Shown here in pieces: positions 9,622 to 17,657 of a DNA stretch of 64,000 bases. A model generated the notes under the pieces. That model was not told the origin of the DNA. It did no database searches and saw nothing but the letters and a program-made list of their open reading frames with translations. The stretch covers positions 145,419 through 209,418 of the forward strand of contig CAYSSR010000002.1 in assembly GCA_964433755.1 (NCBI GenBank). The letters run 5' to 3'. The position numbers were made by a program, and so were the translations under genes. Every line of letters starts with the position of its first letter. Positions within the stretch are counted from its first letter, which is position 1. Source of the DNA: an uncultured Anaerolineales bacterium. Its GTDB lineage: Bacteria; Chloroflexota; Anaerolineae; UBA7937; B3-Chlor.

Positions 9622-10020
9622 CTATGCCCGCCAAGCCCGTCTGATCCTGTTGATGGCGCGGTTGGTCAGTCGCCTGTAGGTCTGGTAGGGCGGGGCCACC
9701 ACCGCGAGCACGAGCTCTTCCTCCTCAACTCGGAAGCACCGACAGATGAAACGCATCCTGTCCGCTTGGACCACCGAGACCTCGTCGATCTCATCCAGCC
9801 CAATACTCTGCCGCGCACGCTCGATGGTGCTCCTGACCAGGCTAACCATCGCAGCCATCGTCTCCGCATCGAAGGGCGAAGAAACCGATGAAAGAGGAAG
9901 CCCCTCAGCACTGACCAGAACAGAGGCCTTGAAGTGGCCCTCTTCGTTCATCAGCCGCAGAATCCTCTCCAATCTGACCTCGAGATCCATGCCAGCCTGC
10001 CCGGCTCCCCGTTCCCCCAT
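9622..10020 (-). CDS. Short Roadblock/LC7 protein
   Basis: HFKASVLVSAEGLPLSSV..MRFICRCFRVEEEELVLAVVAP..TYRRLTNRAINRIRRAW. The ATG at 10020 follows GAAGGTGGGG, 13 nt after the upstream stop. Confidence 0.75.
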   Translation of the reverse strand: MGERGAGQAGMDLEVRLERILRLMNEEGHFKASVLVSAEGLPLSSVSSPFDAETMAAMVSLVRSTIERARQSIGLDEIDEVSVVQADRMRFICRCFRVEEEELVLAVVAPPYQTYRRLTNRAINRIRRAWRA

Positions 10021-10033
10021 TCGCGCCCCACCT

Positions 10034-10408
10034 TCAGTAGAGAAGACCGCGCATCTCCGCTGCGGTCTCCTTCATGGCCACAAGGAGCAAGCCCAGGACC
10101 ATCTCTCTGCCGGCCACTGCGGCCAGCACCGCACTGGGACCGGCGTTGACCATCACGATGTAGCTATCACGACTCTCCACGAGGACTCGCTCTACATCAC
10201 TCGAACCGAGCTCATCCGTCGCCTCCTGCCCCATCGTAAGCATGGCCATAGCCATGATGGTCACCTTCTTCTCGTAAGTCTCGTCGGGCAGGTCCGCAGC
10301 CACCACGAAACCATCTCCCGTCACCACGGCTGTCCCCACGACGTGCGGCGAAGCCCGCCTCAGGCCGCGCAGCGCCTCAGTGAGTTGAAGATCGATATCA
10401 TCGACCAT
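10034..10408 (-). CDS. Roadblock/LC7 protein
   Basis: I moved the start to the ATG at 10408, preceded by GGGAGGAG. The longer ORF-track start would overlap the upstream gene. Roadblock pattern: VVGTAVVTGDGFVVAADL..SYIVMVNAG..AVLAAVA. Confidence 0.7.
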   Translation of the reverse strand: MVDDIDLQLTEALRGLRRASPHVVGTAVVTGDGFVVAADLPDETYEKKVTIMAMAMLTMGQEATDELGSSDVERVLVESRDSYIVMVNAGPSAVLAAVAGREMVLGLLLVAMKETAAEMRGLLY

Positions 10409-10445
10409 CGGTACTCCTCCCAACATGGCACCCAGTGGTGACCTC

Positions 10446-10949
10446 TCAGCTCTGGGGCAGAAGCTCGTCCAATTGATCTGCCAGCGAATCACCGAACTCG
10501 CCATTCATGAGATCACGGACCGACTCATCCAGCGCATGCTCTCGCGCTTCGCGCAGTATGTCGCGAAGTTCCTTCACAGCTTCCTGAGCCAGCAGTCTCA
10601 CTAGCCCAGCCTTGGCACGGCTGTCGAAGGCGATGGTCAGAAGGTAGTCATCGGCTACGGCGGATGAGTGCACGTTGTATGCATCCCCCTCGAAGAAGAC
10701 CTGTGCGAAAGCACCTTCCTGCCCCAGTAGTTTGGCCATTGCCACCGTAGCGGCAAAGCTGCCTGCCGCGAGAGTAGAGAGCGCTATCTGGTCCTGGTCT
10801 TTCAGGCTGCCCACGTGTCCAACAGGCTGTCCCGTCGCATCGGCCAGAAGTACAGCAATTCCTTTGCTCTTGCTCAGCAGTCCCTCGAGACAGGACTGTA
10901 TCCTCGCCAGTTGGTCATCGTCGAAAACCACACCTTGCGTATTCATCAT
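10446..10949 (-). CDS. Long Roadblock/LC7 (MglB-like) protein
   Basis: The start moved to ATG 10949, which overlaps the TGA of the PilZ gene (GGATGATGAAT), indicating translational coupling. LEGLLSKSKGIAVLLADATGQPVGHVGS..FFEGDAYNVHSSAV..YLLTIAFD is paralogous to the ORFs at 7712 and 13799. Confidence 0.7.
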   Translation of the reverse strand: MMNTQGVVFDDDQLARIQSCLEGLLSKSKGIAVLLADATGQPVGHVGSLKDQDQIALSTLAAGSFAATVAMAKLLGQEGAFAQVFFEGDAYNVHSSAVADDYLLTIAFDSRAKAGLVRLLAQEAVKELRDILREAREHALDESVRDLMNGEFGDSLADQLDELLPQS

Positions 10950-11305
10950 CCCCGACCTCCACTGTTTCGGAACCTCGCAACCTCCTGAGCAATCGCAGCC
11001 AGGTCCTCGTCGGGGACCTCCGTGAACCGCACTCCGACGCGCCACCGGTCATCGTCCAAGGGGTTGCTGTAGACTACAGTCGCGGCGGCTTCCAGAATCT
11101 GGTCGCCGGTGACCATCTTGATCTTGAGATGCTCACCGACGTCCACGGGATGGGTCATCTCCAGCAGCATGCCACCCTCGCTCAAGTCGAGGGTGCGCGC
11201 CATGCCCTTAACGTCCGGTTCCCCGCGCTCATCGAAGTGAGCATAGGACACTAGATGCTCAGCCTGAATGCGGGCCCATCTTCTACGCTCTTTGCGCGTG
11301 CTCAC
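10946..11305 (-). CDS. PilZ domain protein (putative c-di-GMP receptor)
   Basis: 119 aa with GTG start after GGAGTAGGGAG. Both halves of the PilZ signature are present: RRRWAR (RRxxxR) and DLSEGG (DxSxxG). Confidence 0.8.
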   Translation of the reverse strand: MSTRKERRRWARIQAEHLVSYAHFDERGEPDVKGMARTLDLSEGGMLLEMTHPVDVGEHLKIKMVTGDQILEAAATVVYSNPLDDDRWRVGVRFTEVPDEDLAAIAQEVARFRNSGGRG

Positions 11306-11631
11306 GCTCCCTACTCCTGCGCCAGAGAGTCTCGTCTCTTGTCACGGTGCACGAGACAGGTGCCTCACTGCCTCGGTCGATCCATTGCGCACTCTCCTCC
11401 TGGGCCAGCTACCAAGGCATTCACCTTCAGTCAGCACCTTCCACTCCCTGCTCCGAAGGCGGGACACCCTGGTCCATGTCAGAGACACCGCCACCAAAGC
11501 AGGCTACTGAAGTGTGCCTCCCATGTCTCCGCTGCGACCAACATCACCGGCGTCGACAACGCCGGTCCCGCCAATGCGGCGGGGCTCGCCACCAAATGAT
11601 ATGCTCGCATTCTCGACACACGAGCGACCAC

Positions 11632-12204
11632 TCATATGCGGCTTATGACCAAGTTGATGGCCATCTTCAACGTCTCGAAGACCCCCGTGCCCTGGGTAGC
11701 CACGGACCCCAGACATGGAACGTGGTCCCGTGTGAGGCGCCCCCTCAGCTCCTCTGGGGAGAAGACATCGCGGAGGTCCTGCTTGTTACACTGCAGAACT
11801 AGAGGGTAGTCCGACAGACCCCGTACCGATCTGCCCAGATGCACGGCCAGGTTGTCGAGCAGAGCGACGTTCTCATCCAGTCGCCACTTCTGTGAATCTG
11901 CGACGAAGACCACACCATCGGCGCCTTCCAACACCAGCTTACGGGTGGCAGCGTAGATGACCTGGCCAGGCACCGTGTACAGATTGAACTTGGGCTTCAG
12001 TCCCCTGACTGGAGCCAATGCTAGCTGCAAGAAGTCGAAGAACAGGGTCCTGTCCTCCTGGGTCTTGAGGGAGATCAACTCACTTCGCAACCGCGGGTCA
12101 ATGGCACCGTATACGTACTCCAGGTTTGTGGTCTTTCCACCCAAAGGAGGGCCGTAGTAGACTATCTTGAGGTTCAGTTCACCCAGTTTGCGATTGATGA
12201 ACAT
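11632..12204 (-). CDS. mglA: MglA-family small GTPase (copy 2)
   Basis: MFINRKLGELNLKIVYYGPPLGGKTTNL, DRTLFFDF, YTVPGQ, CNKQDL. Confidence 0.9.
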   Translation of the reverse strand: MFINRKLGELNLKIVYYGPPLGGKTTNLEYVYGAIDPRLRSELISLKTQEDRTLFFDFLQLALAPVRGLKPKFNLYTVPGQVIYAATRKLVLEGADGVVFVADSQKWRLDENVALLDNLAVHLGRSVRGLSDYPLVLQCNKQDLRDVFSPEELRGRLTRDHVPCLGSVATQGTGVFETLKMAINLVISRI

Positions 12205-12295
12205 GCGGTTGCTTGCTCCCTTGGAGCATCGAGTTCTGGCAACTCATGGCGGTGCGCACTGACGCCCCGACTGCCTCCGTTTCCCCCGTTTTCGA

Positions 12296-12982
12296 CTAGT
12301 CACCACGAGGCTCCATGGGAACGGTCAGAGTGATACGAGTGCCCTGGCCCGGCTGCGAGTCTATTCCTACCTCACCGCCGATGGCCTTGGCCCGTTCCCG
12401 CATTCCTGCCAGGCCCATCCCCCGCCTAGGATAGTCCGACGTGACTCCCAAGACATTGAAGCCGCTGCCATCATCTTCAACCACCAACTCGATCTGGGAC
12501 TCACGTTGTTCCCCTTTGATCAGCACCCGCGAAGCTCCCGAGTGCCGATGGACATTGCGCAGGGCCTCCTGCACAATCCGGAAGACGGCCAGCCTCTGTT
12601 CTACGCCCAGCGATTCGTCAGCAAGCTGCGCCAGATCCGCGATAACTCGAACCCCTGCGCGCTCTTGGTAGTCACACACATAGGTTTCGATCATCTCTGC
12701 TGCGCCGAGTTCTTGCGACCCAGGGCAGCGCAATTCCACCATCAACTCCCTGATGCCCGCCACTACCTTGGTCAAATCGAGCCTCAGTTGACGCAACTCC
12801 TCTGCCAGGGCAGCCGATTCACTTGTACTCAGCAGCTCCCTGCAGAGATCGAGTCGCAGGCCCAGACCTGTCAGACCCTGCAAGGTCCCGTCATGGAGCT
12901 CGTGAACCAGGCGGTATCTCTCCTCCCTCATCGCGAGGAGATCCTGCTCGGATAGTCGTAGTCCCGAGAGCTGTCCGTACAT
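12296..12982 (-). CDS. Soluble HisKA_3-type histidine kinase without a sensor domain
   Basis: H-box ERYRLVHELHDGTLQGL (NarX/DesK-type dimerisation domain). HATPase boxes EALRNVHRH, DDGSGF and GMGLAGMRERA. Only about 15 aa precede the H-box. Confidence 0.85.
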   Translation of the reverse strand: MYGQLSGLRLSEQDLLAMREERYRLVHELHDGTLQGLTGLGLRLDLCRELLSTSESAALAEELRQLRLDLTKVVAGIRELMVELRCPGSQELGAAEMIETYVCDYQERAGVRVIADLAQLADESLGVEQRLAVFRIVQEALRNVHRHSGASRVLIKGEQRESQIELVVEDDGSGFNVLGVTSDYPRRGMGLAGMRERAKAIGGEVGIDSQPGQGTRITLTVPMEPRGD

Positions 12983-13180
12983 CTGTACGTGGACCTCAAC
13001 GTGGTCCGCCCACCCGCCAAGTCAGTCTACGCCCTTCTGGAAGCCACCCCGTCTCTGGGGACTCGGCAGCCGTGATGCCAGTGTCATCCAGTGGACCGGT
13101 TTCACCCCGCCCGCGTGGGACCCAGCTTCATCCTCCTTCCAGGGAGAATGCCGAGTGCCACGCCGCGATCCAACCTCAGG

Positions 13181-13783
13181 CTAGCGTCTGGGATTCGCCG
13201 GCATCTGCCTCCTCGTCTCCACCAAGACTAGTCTGATGATAGCCTTCAGTGTGTCGAATACACCCACCCCTTCAGTGGCGATCGAGGCCAGACAGGGTGC
13301 CCCGTTCCGTCCCAAGTCCGCACTCAACAACGCTTCAGGCACTATGTTGGGCAGGTCGCGTTTGTTGAACTGAACAACCATCGGGAACTCCGCCGGATCG
13401 TAGCCCAGCTCTCGCAGGTTCAGTCGCAGACTGCGCATAGCCAGGATGTTGCTCCGCCGCAGGTCGGCTTGGGAGTCTGCCACGAAGACGACGCCGTCGG
13501 CACCTTGCAGCACGAGCTTCCGGCTGGCCACGTACCGTACCTGCCCGGGCACAGTGTAGAGGTTGAAACGTGGCTTCAGCCCTTGGATGCGCCCAAGTTC
13601 GAGTTGCAGGAAGTCAAAGAATATAGTGCGATCCTCTCGCGTCTTCAGAGACACCAGGTCGCCGCGCATGTTGGGATCGACACGTGAGTGAATCTGGATC
13701 AGGTTGGTGGTCTTCCCACTCAAGGCCGGACCGTAGTACACGATCTTGATATTGATCTCCCGTCGCTTGGGATTGATGAACAC
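13181..13783 (-). CDS. mglA: MglA-family small GTPase (copy 3)
   Basis: GTG start. FINPKRREINIKIVYYGPALSGKTTNL, DRTIFFDF, YTVPGQ, FNKRDL. Confidence 0.9.
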   Translation of the reverse strand: MFINPKRREINIKIVYYGPALSGKTTNLIQIHSRVDPNMRGDLVSLKTREDRTIFFDFLQLELGRIQGLKPRFNLYTVPGQVRYVASRKLVLQGADGVVFVADSQADLRRSNILAMRSLRLNLRELGYDPAEFPMVVQFNKRDLPNIVPEALLSADLGRNGAPCLASIATEGVGVFDTLKAIIRLVLVETRRQMPANPRR

Positions 13784-13798
13784 GCCTCGTCCCCTTGA

Positions 13799-14290
13799 TT
13801 AGAGAGATCCAAAGACTTCGTCCAACTCGTCGAGCAGAGACTCGTCGAAGTCCTCACTCAACACTGCGCCGCCCTGATCCAGGGCCGTCTCGTACCTATC
13901 TGTCAGCGATTCGAGCTCCAGCGCAGCCCGCTCACTGAAGACGCGTACCAAGCCGATGGGTACGCGGGTCTCGAAGACCACGACTAGAATGAAGCTGTTG
14001 CCCACGTCCGAGAGATAGAGATGACGCCGCTCCCCCTCATGAAACAGAACCCGAAAGGGTTTGGCCTCACCCAACTGTCTCGCGAGTTCAGCGGTGGCCG
14101 ACATATCGCTTGCCGTCAATGCAGCGACCGATACGGCGTTGAAGCCCGACACCTGGCCGGCCGTGCAGATCAATTGGCCGCTGATGTCAGCGAGGAGAAC
14201 ACAGGTGACCTGAGTCTTCTGCTGTAGCTGACTCAGGATGCGCTCCATCTCGTCGAGCAGATTAGTTGGCAGGCATACTCCTCGCGTCAT
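13799..14290 (-). CDS. mglB: MglB-like Roadblock/LC7 protein
   Basis: The start moved to ATG 14290 after AGGAGG. MERILSQLQQKTQVTCVLLADISGQLICTAGQ..LFHEGERRHLYLSDV..FILVVVFE. It ends 15 nt upstream of mglA copy 3. Confidence 0.75.
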   Translation of the reverse strand: MTRGVCLPTNLLDEMERILSQLQQKTQVTCVLLADISGQLICTAGQVSGFNAVSVAALTASDMSATAELARQLGEAKPFRVLFHEGERRHLYLSDVGNSFILVVVFETRVPIGLVRVFSERAALELESLTDRYETALDQGGAVLSEDFDESLLDELDEVFGSL

Positions 14291-14527
14291 CTCACAAGCC
14301 TCCTGATCCCGCCGTAGGCTGCGTTGCCCACTGCGGGGATGATCCACCTAACCCCACAAACGCACTCCGGCGACCCGCGATCACCGAGTGAAGTATCCGG
14401 GCACTGGTCTTCTGGTGCAGTCGTTTCCTCGGCGATCCCTCGTCTGGACCGAACTCCCTACACTCCGGAAATCTAGGATACAGAACAACTCCGCAGGAAG
14501 AATCATCTCGCGCCCAATTCTCGGCGC

Positions 14528-15325
14528 TCATGTCCCAGCCGAGCGTCGGCGCAAGCGCTCAAACGCAGCCTTGAGGCTGGCCCTCATCCGCTCGATGGCC
14601 TCTGCCAGGTCTTGCATCTCGTCGCCTGTCCTCACCTCTATGGGAACATCCAGATCGCCTCGGCTGATGCTTTCCGCCGCTGCTGCGAGGTGCCTTGCAG
14701 CGCGAGTGATCCCCCTGCTGATGTAGTACGCCGACAGCACCGCTGCCACGAACGCCAGTGCGCCCGCACCGATGGCGACGAGGCGCATGGTGGCGAGCCG
14801 AGCCTCGACAGATTGCTCGGCTGCGTCAACCTGCGCGCCGATCACAGCCGCTACTTCGTCGCGAACGGGACCCAGCACCCCGATGTAGTACTGAGACCCG
14901 CCCAACTCTTCCAAGACTGTTGTTCGTTGGCTTGGATGCTCTTCGTACGACCCGACGGAACTAGCCAGGAGAGAGTGGTACGAGAACACCGCCTCCTCCA
15001 TAGCCGGGACCTCCTCGATCCCTTGCTCGGCGCCCCATTCCTGCACGATCCACCAGGCATCCCAGTGCGCAGACTGAGCTGCCAACGCGTCCGCCGCATA
15101 GTTGGCATCGCCTGTCGCGACGTACTGAACCATGAAAGTTCTTTCCAGCAGCAACTGCTCGGTGCTGCGGTCTAGAGCCTCTGCGATTCCGTGGAGCTCA
15201 ATCAGATTGGCTACGGAAGTACGCACCGAGTTCAGGGAATAGACCGCAAGCGCCGCGACAGCAACCAGAAGGACCAGTACGATGGCGAAAGCCAGCCACA
15301 GCTTCCTCGCAATCGTCAACCTCAT
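14528..15325 (-). CDS. Membrane sensor stub: TM, periplasmic helical domain, TM, HAMP, then stop
   Basis: The MCP-like N-terminus is MRLTIARKLWLAFAIVLVLLVAVAALAVYSL. A second TM (LVAIGAGALAFVAAVLSAYYI) is followed by a HAMP motif (SRGITRAARHLAAAAESISRGDLDVPIEVRTGDEMQDLAEAIERM). The protein ends about 25 aa after HAMP with no output domain. Confidence 0.7.
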   Translation of the reverse strand: MRLTIARKLWLAFAIVLVLLVAVAALAVYSLNSVRTSVANLIELHGIAEALDRSTEQLLLERTFMVQYVATGDANYAADALAAQSAHWDAWWIVQEWGAEQGIEEVPAMEEAVFSYHSLLASSVGSYEEHPSQRTTVLEELGGSQYYIGVLGPVRDEVAAVIGAQVDAAEQSVEARLATMRLVAIGAGALAFVAAVLSAYYISRGITRAARHLAAAAESISRGDLDVPIEVRTGDEMQDLAEAIERMRASLKAAFERLRRRSAGT

Positions 15326-15391
15326 CTCACCGCCTCCTCTACCTCTCAGCCTACTCTGGGCCTACATTCGCCTCAGCGCGTGTCTCTAGAG

Positions 15392-16189
15392 CTACATTTG
15401 GAAGCTTCTCAACAACCCCAAGATAGCCTGCTGGAAAAGCGCCCGCTTGCCCTCATCCTCGATGTCAGCACTGATACGCTCCACCAACTCTGCCGCTCTG
15501 GCCCGAGGGAAGTGCTCTCTTGTCTCCCCCATCGTGGCGATCTCATCGTCTATGATCACAGGGCCAAGCGGCCCCACTGCCTCCACGAACTGCTCGTCCA
15601 ATAGCCCGAAGAACCCTCCGTCCACGGCCGGCGTCGGGCCGGCCTGACGGCCGGTCGTCAATTCCAGAAGGCCATTCGTCACAAGTCTGACAAGCAGCTT
15701 GGAGACCAGGAGTTCATCCCAAGTCAACGCTTCGGCAATCTCCGAGACATCCCTCTCACCATCCACTTTGGCCAGGACCCGCCACTCCTCCGGCTCGAGA
15801 CTGACTGCACCATTGGCACCTGACGCAGAAAGCTGGAAGACCGCATCCGCGCTGGGGATCACACTCTTGATCGCCCTCCACTCCCTCGCATGCTTGCTTC
15901 CCTCATCAAGCAGCCGCTCCGTGGGCATGGTGATCGAACTCTCAGACGCCAGCACTTGCGGCGCGAAGTCGAAACTCCCTCTTTGCCAGGCCATCAAGGC
16001 GTAGACAGCGCTTTCCCCCATCTGCCCCTCAGTCACGGCGTGGATCAGATTCCCCTCTTTGACGAAGATCTCTCCCGTCCTGGCACCGTCGGCCACACGC
16101 AGAAGGCCCGTTTGCCGGCCGGAGGCCAGTAGCCTCAGAACGTCGACCAGTGACACCTGGGCAAGGTTGCCAACGAGCATCTCAGGCAT
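15392..16189 (-). CDS. PATAN (DUF4388) domain protein with an uncharacterised C-terminal domain
   Basis: GNLAQVSLVDVLRLLASGRQTGLLRV..GEIFVKEGNLIHAVTEGQMGESAVYALMAWQRGSFDF. It overlaps the upstream gene by 8 nt. Confidence 0.7.
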   Translation of the reverse strand: MPEMLVGNLAQVSLVDVLRLLASGRQTGLLRVADGARTGEIFVKEGNLIHAVTEGQMGESAVYALMAWQRGSFDFAPQVLASESSITMPTERLLDEGSKHAREWRAIKSVIPSADAVFQLSASGANGAVSLEPEEWRVLAKVDGERDVSEIAEALTWDELLVSKLLVRLVTNGLLELTTGRQAGPTPAVDGGFFGLLDEQFVEAVGPLGPVIIDDEIATMGETREHFPRARAAELVERISADIEDEGKRALFQQAILGLLRSFQM

Positions 16190-16637
16190 CGTTCGACTCC
16201 TTTCTCTCCAGGGCCTTCAGTAATTCCCAGGAGAGTTCATCGAGCTCACTCTCCAACACTTGCTTGACTTTGAGGCTGTCCCGCAAGCGGTCGCCCAGCT
16301 CCGGGTCGTCTCTCAACTGCGTTGCTGCAACGTTCAGTGTCATCCTGAGCATGGGAGTGTCTGCCTGATGGCCACACACCACTACGAGCAGACTGGCGCC
16401 CAGGTCCCGCACCACCAGTCGAATGCGCGCGGTCTGCAAGTCCAACTCCTCCCCAGACTCCCGCGTCGCGCTCAGGACCGCCACGGTTTGTGCTGCCTCA
16501 CGAGCGACGTCACGGATCCAGGTCATGTCGACGTCATCAGTGAGGGAACTGGCGATCACCCGCCCGCTGTTGTCGCAGACGAAAGAGCCAGTGACACCAG
16601 CTACCGCATTGATCTCGGCCAGTCTCTCGTCGATCAC
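16182..16637 (-). CDS. Roadblock/LC7 protein
   Basis: LAEINAVAGVTGSFVCDNSGRVIASSL..IRLVVRDLGASLLVVVC. Paralogue of the N-terminus of the ORF at 6523. Confidence 0.7.
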   Translation of the reverse strand: MIDERLAEINAVAGVTGSFVCDNSGRVIASSLTDDVDMTWIRDVAREAAQTVAVLSATRESGEELDLQTARIRLVVRDLGASLLVVVCGHQADTPMLRMTLNVAATQLRDDPELGDRLRDSLKVKQVLESELDELSWELLKALERKESNDA

Positions 16638-16640
16638 CTC

Positions 16641-17657
16641 TCACTCCGCCACGAACAGCTCCGGCATGACGTCCATCAGCCCGTACCTCTGGACGGCGTC
16701 GGCACGTTCCTCCACCACCAGAGCCAGTCCCTGCCTCACCTCGGCCACCAAGTCGACTCCGGGCAGGCCGTCCACCATCCTGCTCACGGTCGCACTCAGC
16801 GTCCGACCCAGTGCCCGGCTTAACCTTTCTGAGGCCGGTCCGGAATAGGTGATCAGTCCGTCCCTGTAGTCGAACTCGCCGGCAAATGGATCAAGAAAGG
16901 GATACTCCTCTGCACTCTCGATCAACGAGTCTCTCAAGGCATCAAGGAAGCTTCCCTTCCCAGCGTGGCCGTCGGCGATGCGCTCGACCGTGGCCACCAC
17001 GTTCTGCCATAGGATCAGGAGTTGAGGTAGTTCCAGCGCGACCAGGATCTCCTCCGTGTTCTCGAAAGCCTCCTCAAGCGCGGTTCGGTACACGTTGAAG
17101 ACCGCACCCACTGAGGAAGCGGCCTCCATGATATGCGGCAAAGCTTGGGTTCCAGAGAGCACCTCGCTGCCCGATGAGAGCATGCTTTCCACTACTTCTC
17201 CAGACCGAAACAGGATCATCGCGCTGCCCTTGCCGCCCTTCAAGGCTGCCTCCACGTAGCCTGTATGTCCGTCGCTCTGAAGCTTCGCCACGAGTTGTGC
17301 GAGGTCACTGAAGTCCGTATTCAGGTCCTTGTGTACTACTTCGCTCTTCAGCACGCTAGCCAGCATGGTCACCATGTCCGCCGCGAGCGAATAGACACTC
17401 ACGCTGCCGTTCTTCTCTTCCGCCTGGCGCATGATGCCGCTGACTGCTTCCTGGCCAGTGCTTCGCGCGTGTGTGGTCTCCTCGACACCATTGACGATGG
17501 TGCCGTTGTCGACGAACAGGACACCCTCGTACTCCCAGAAACTGACCTCGACGTATCCGGTGAAACCATTGGCCTTCAGGTCTTGTACCAGTCCGTCAAA
17601 GTCCACGAAGGAGGTGTTCAAGTTTGCATACTCCGCACGCCCCTTGGGTAGGATCAT
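16641..17657 (-). CDS. Protein with two tandem divergent PATAN-like repeats plus a helical C-terminal domain
   Basis: Internal repeat: NLNTSFVDFDGLVQDLKANGFTGYVEV..GVLFVDNGTIVNG..TGQEAVSGIM versus DLNTDFSDLAQLVAKLQSDGHTGYVEA..AMILFRSGEVVESM..SGTQALPHIM. The domain name is inference. Confidence 0.55.
   Translation of the reverse strand: MILPKGRAEYANLNTSFVDFDGLVQDLKANGFTGYVEVSFWEYEGVLFVDNGTIVNGVEETTHARSTGQEAVSGIMRQAEEKNGSVSVYSLAADMVTMLASVLKSEVVHKDLNTDFSDLAQLVAKLQSDGHTGYVEAALKGGKGSAMILFRSGEVVESMLSSGSEVLSGTQALPHIMEAASSVGAVFNVYRTALEEAFENTEEILVALELPQLLILWQNVVATVERIADGHAGKGSFLDALRDSLIESAEEYPFLDPFAGEFDYRDGLITYSGPASERLSRALGRTLSATVSRMVDGLPGVDLVAEVRQGLALVVEERADAVQRYGLMDVMPELFVAE

Noticed and set aside
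9413-9634. 73-aa ORF downstream of the short Roadblock gene, overlapping its stop
   Set aside because: Its codon third positions are much less GC-biased than in neighbouring genes, and it has no RBS or recognisable motif. Left uncalled, although a small protein cannot be excluded.
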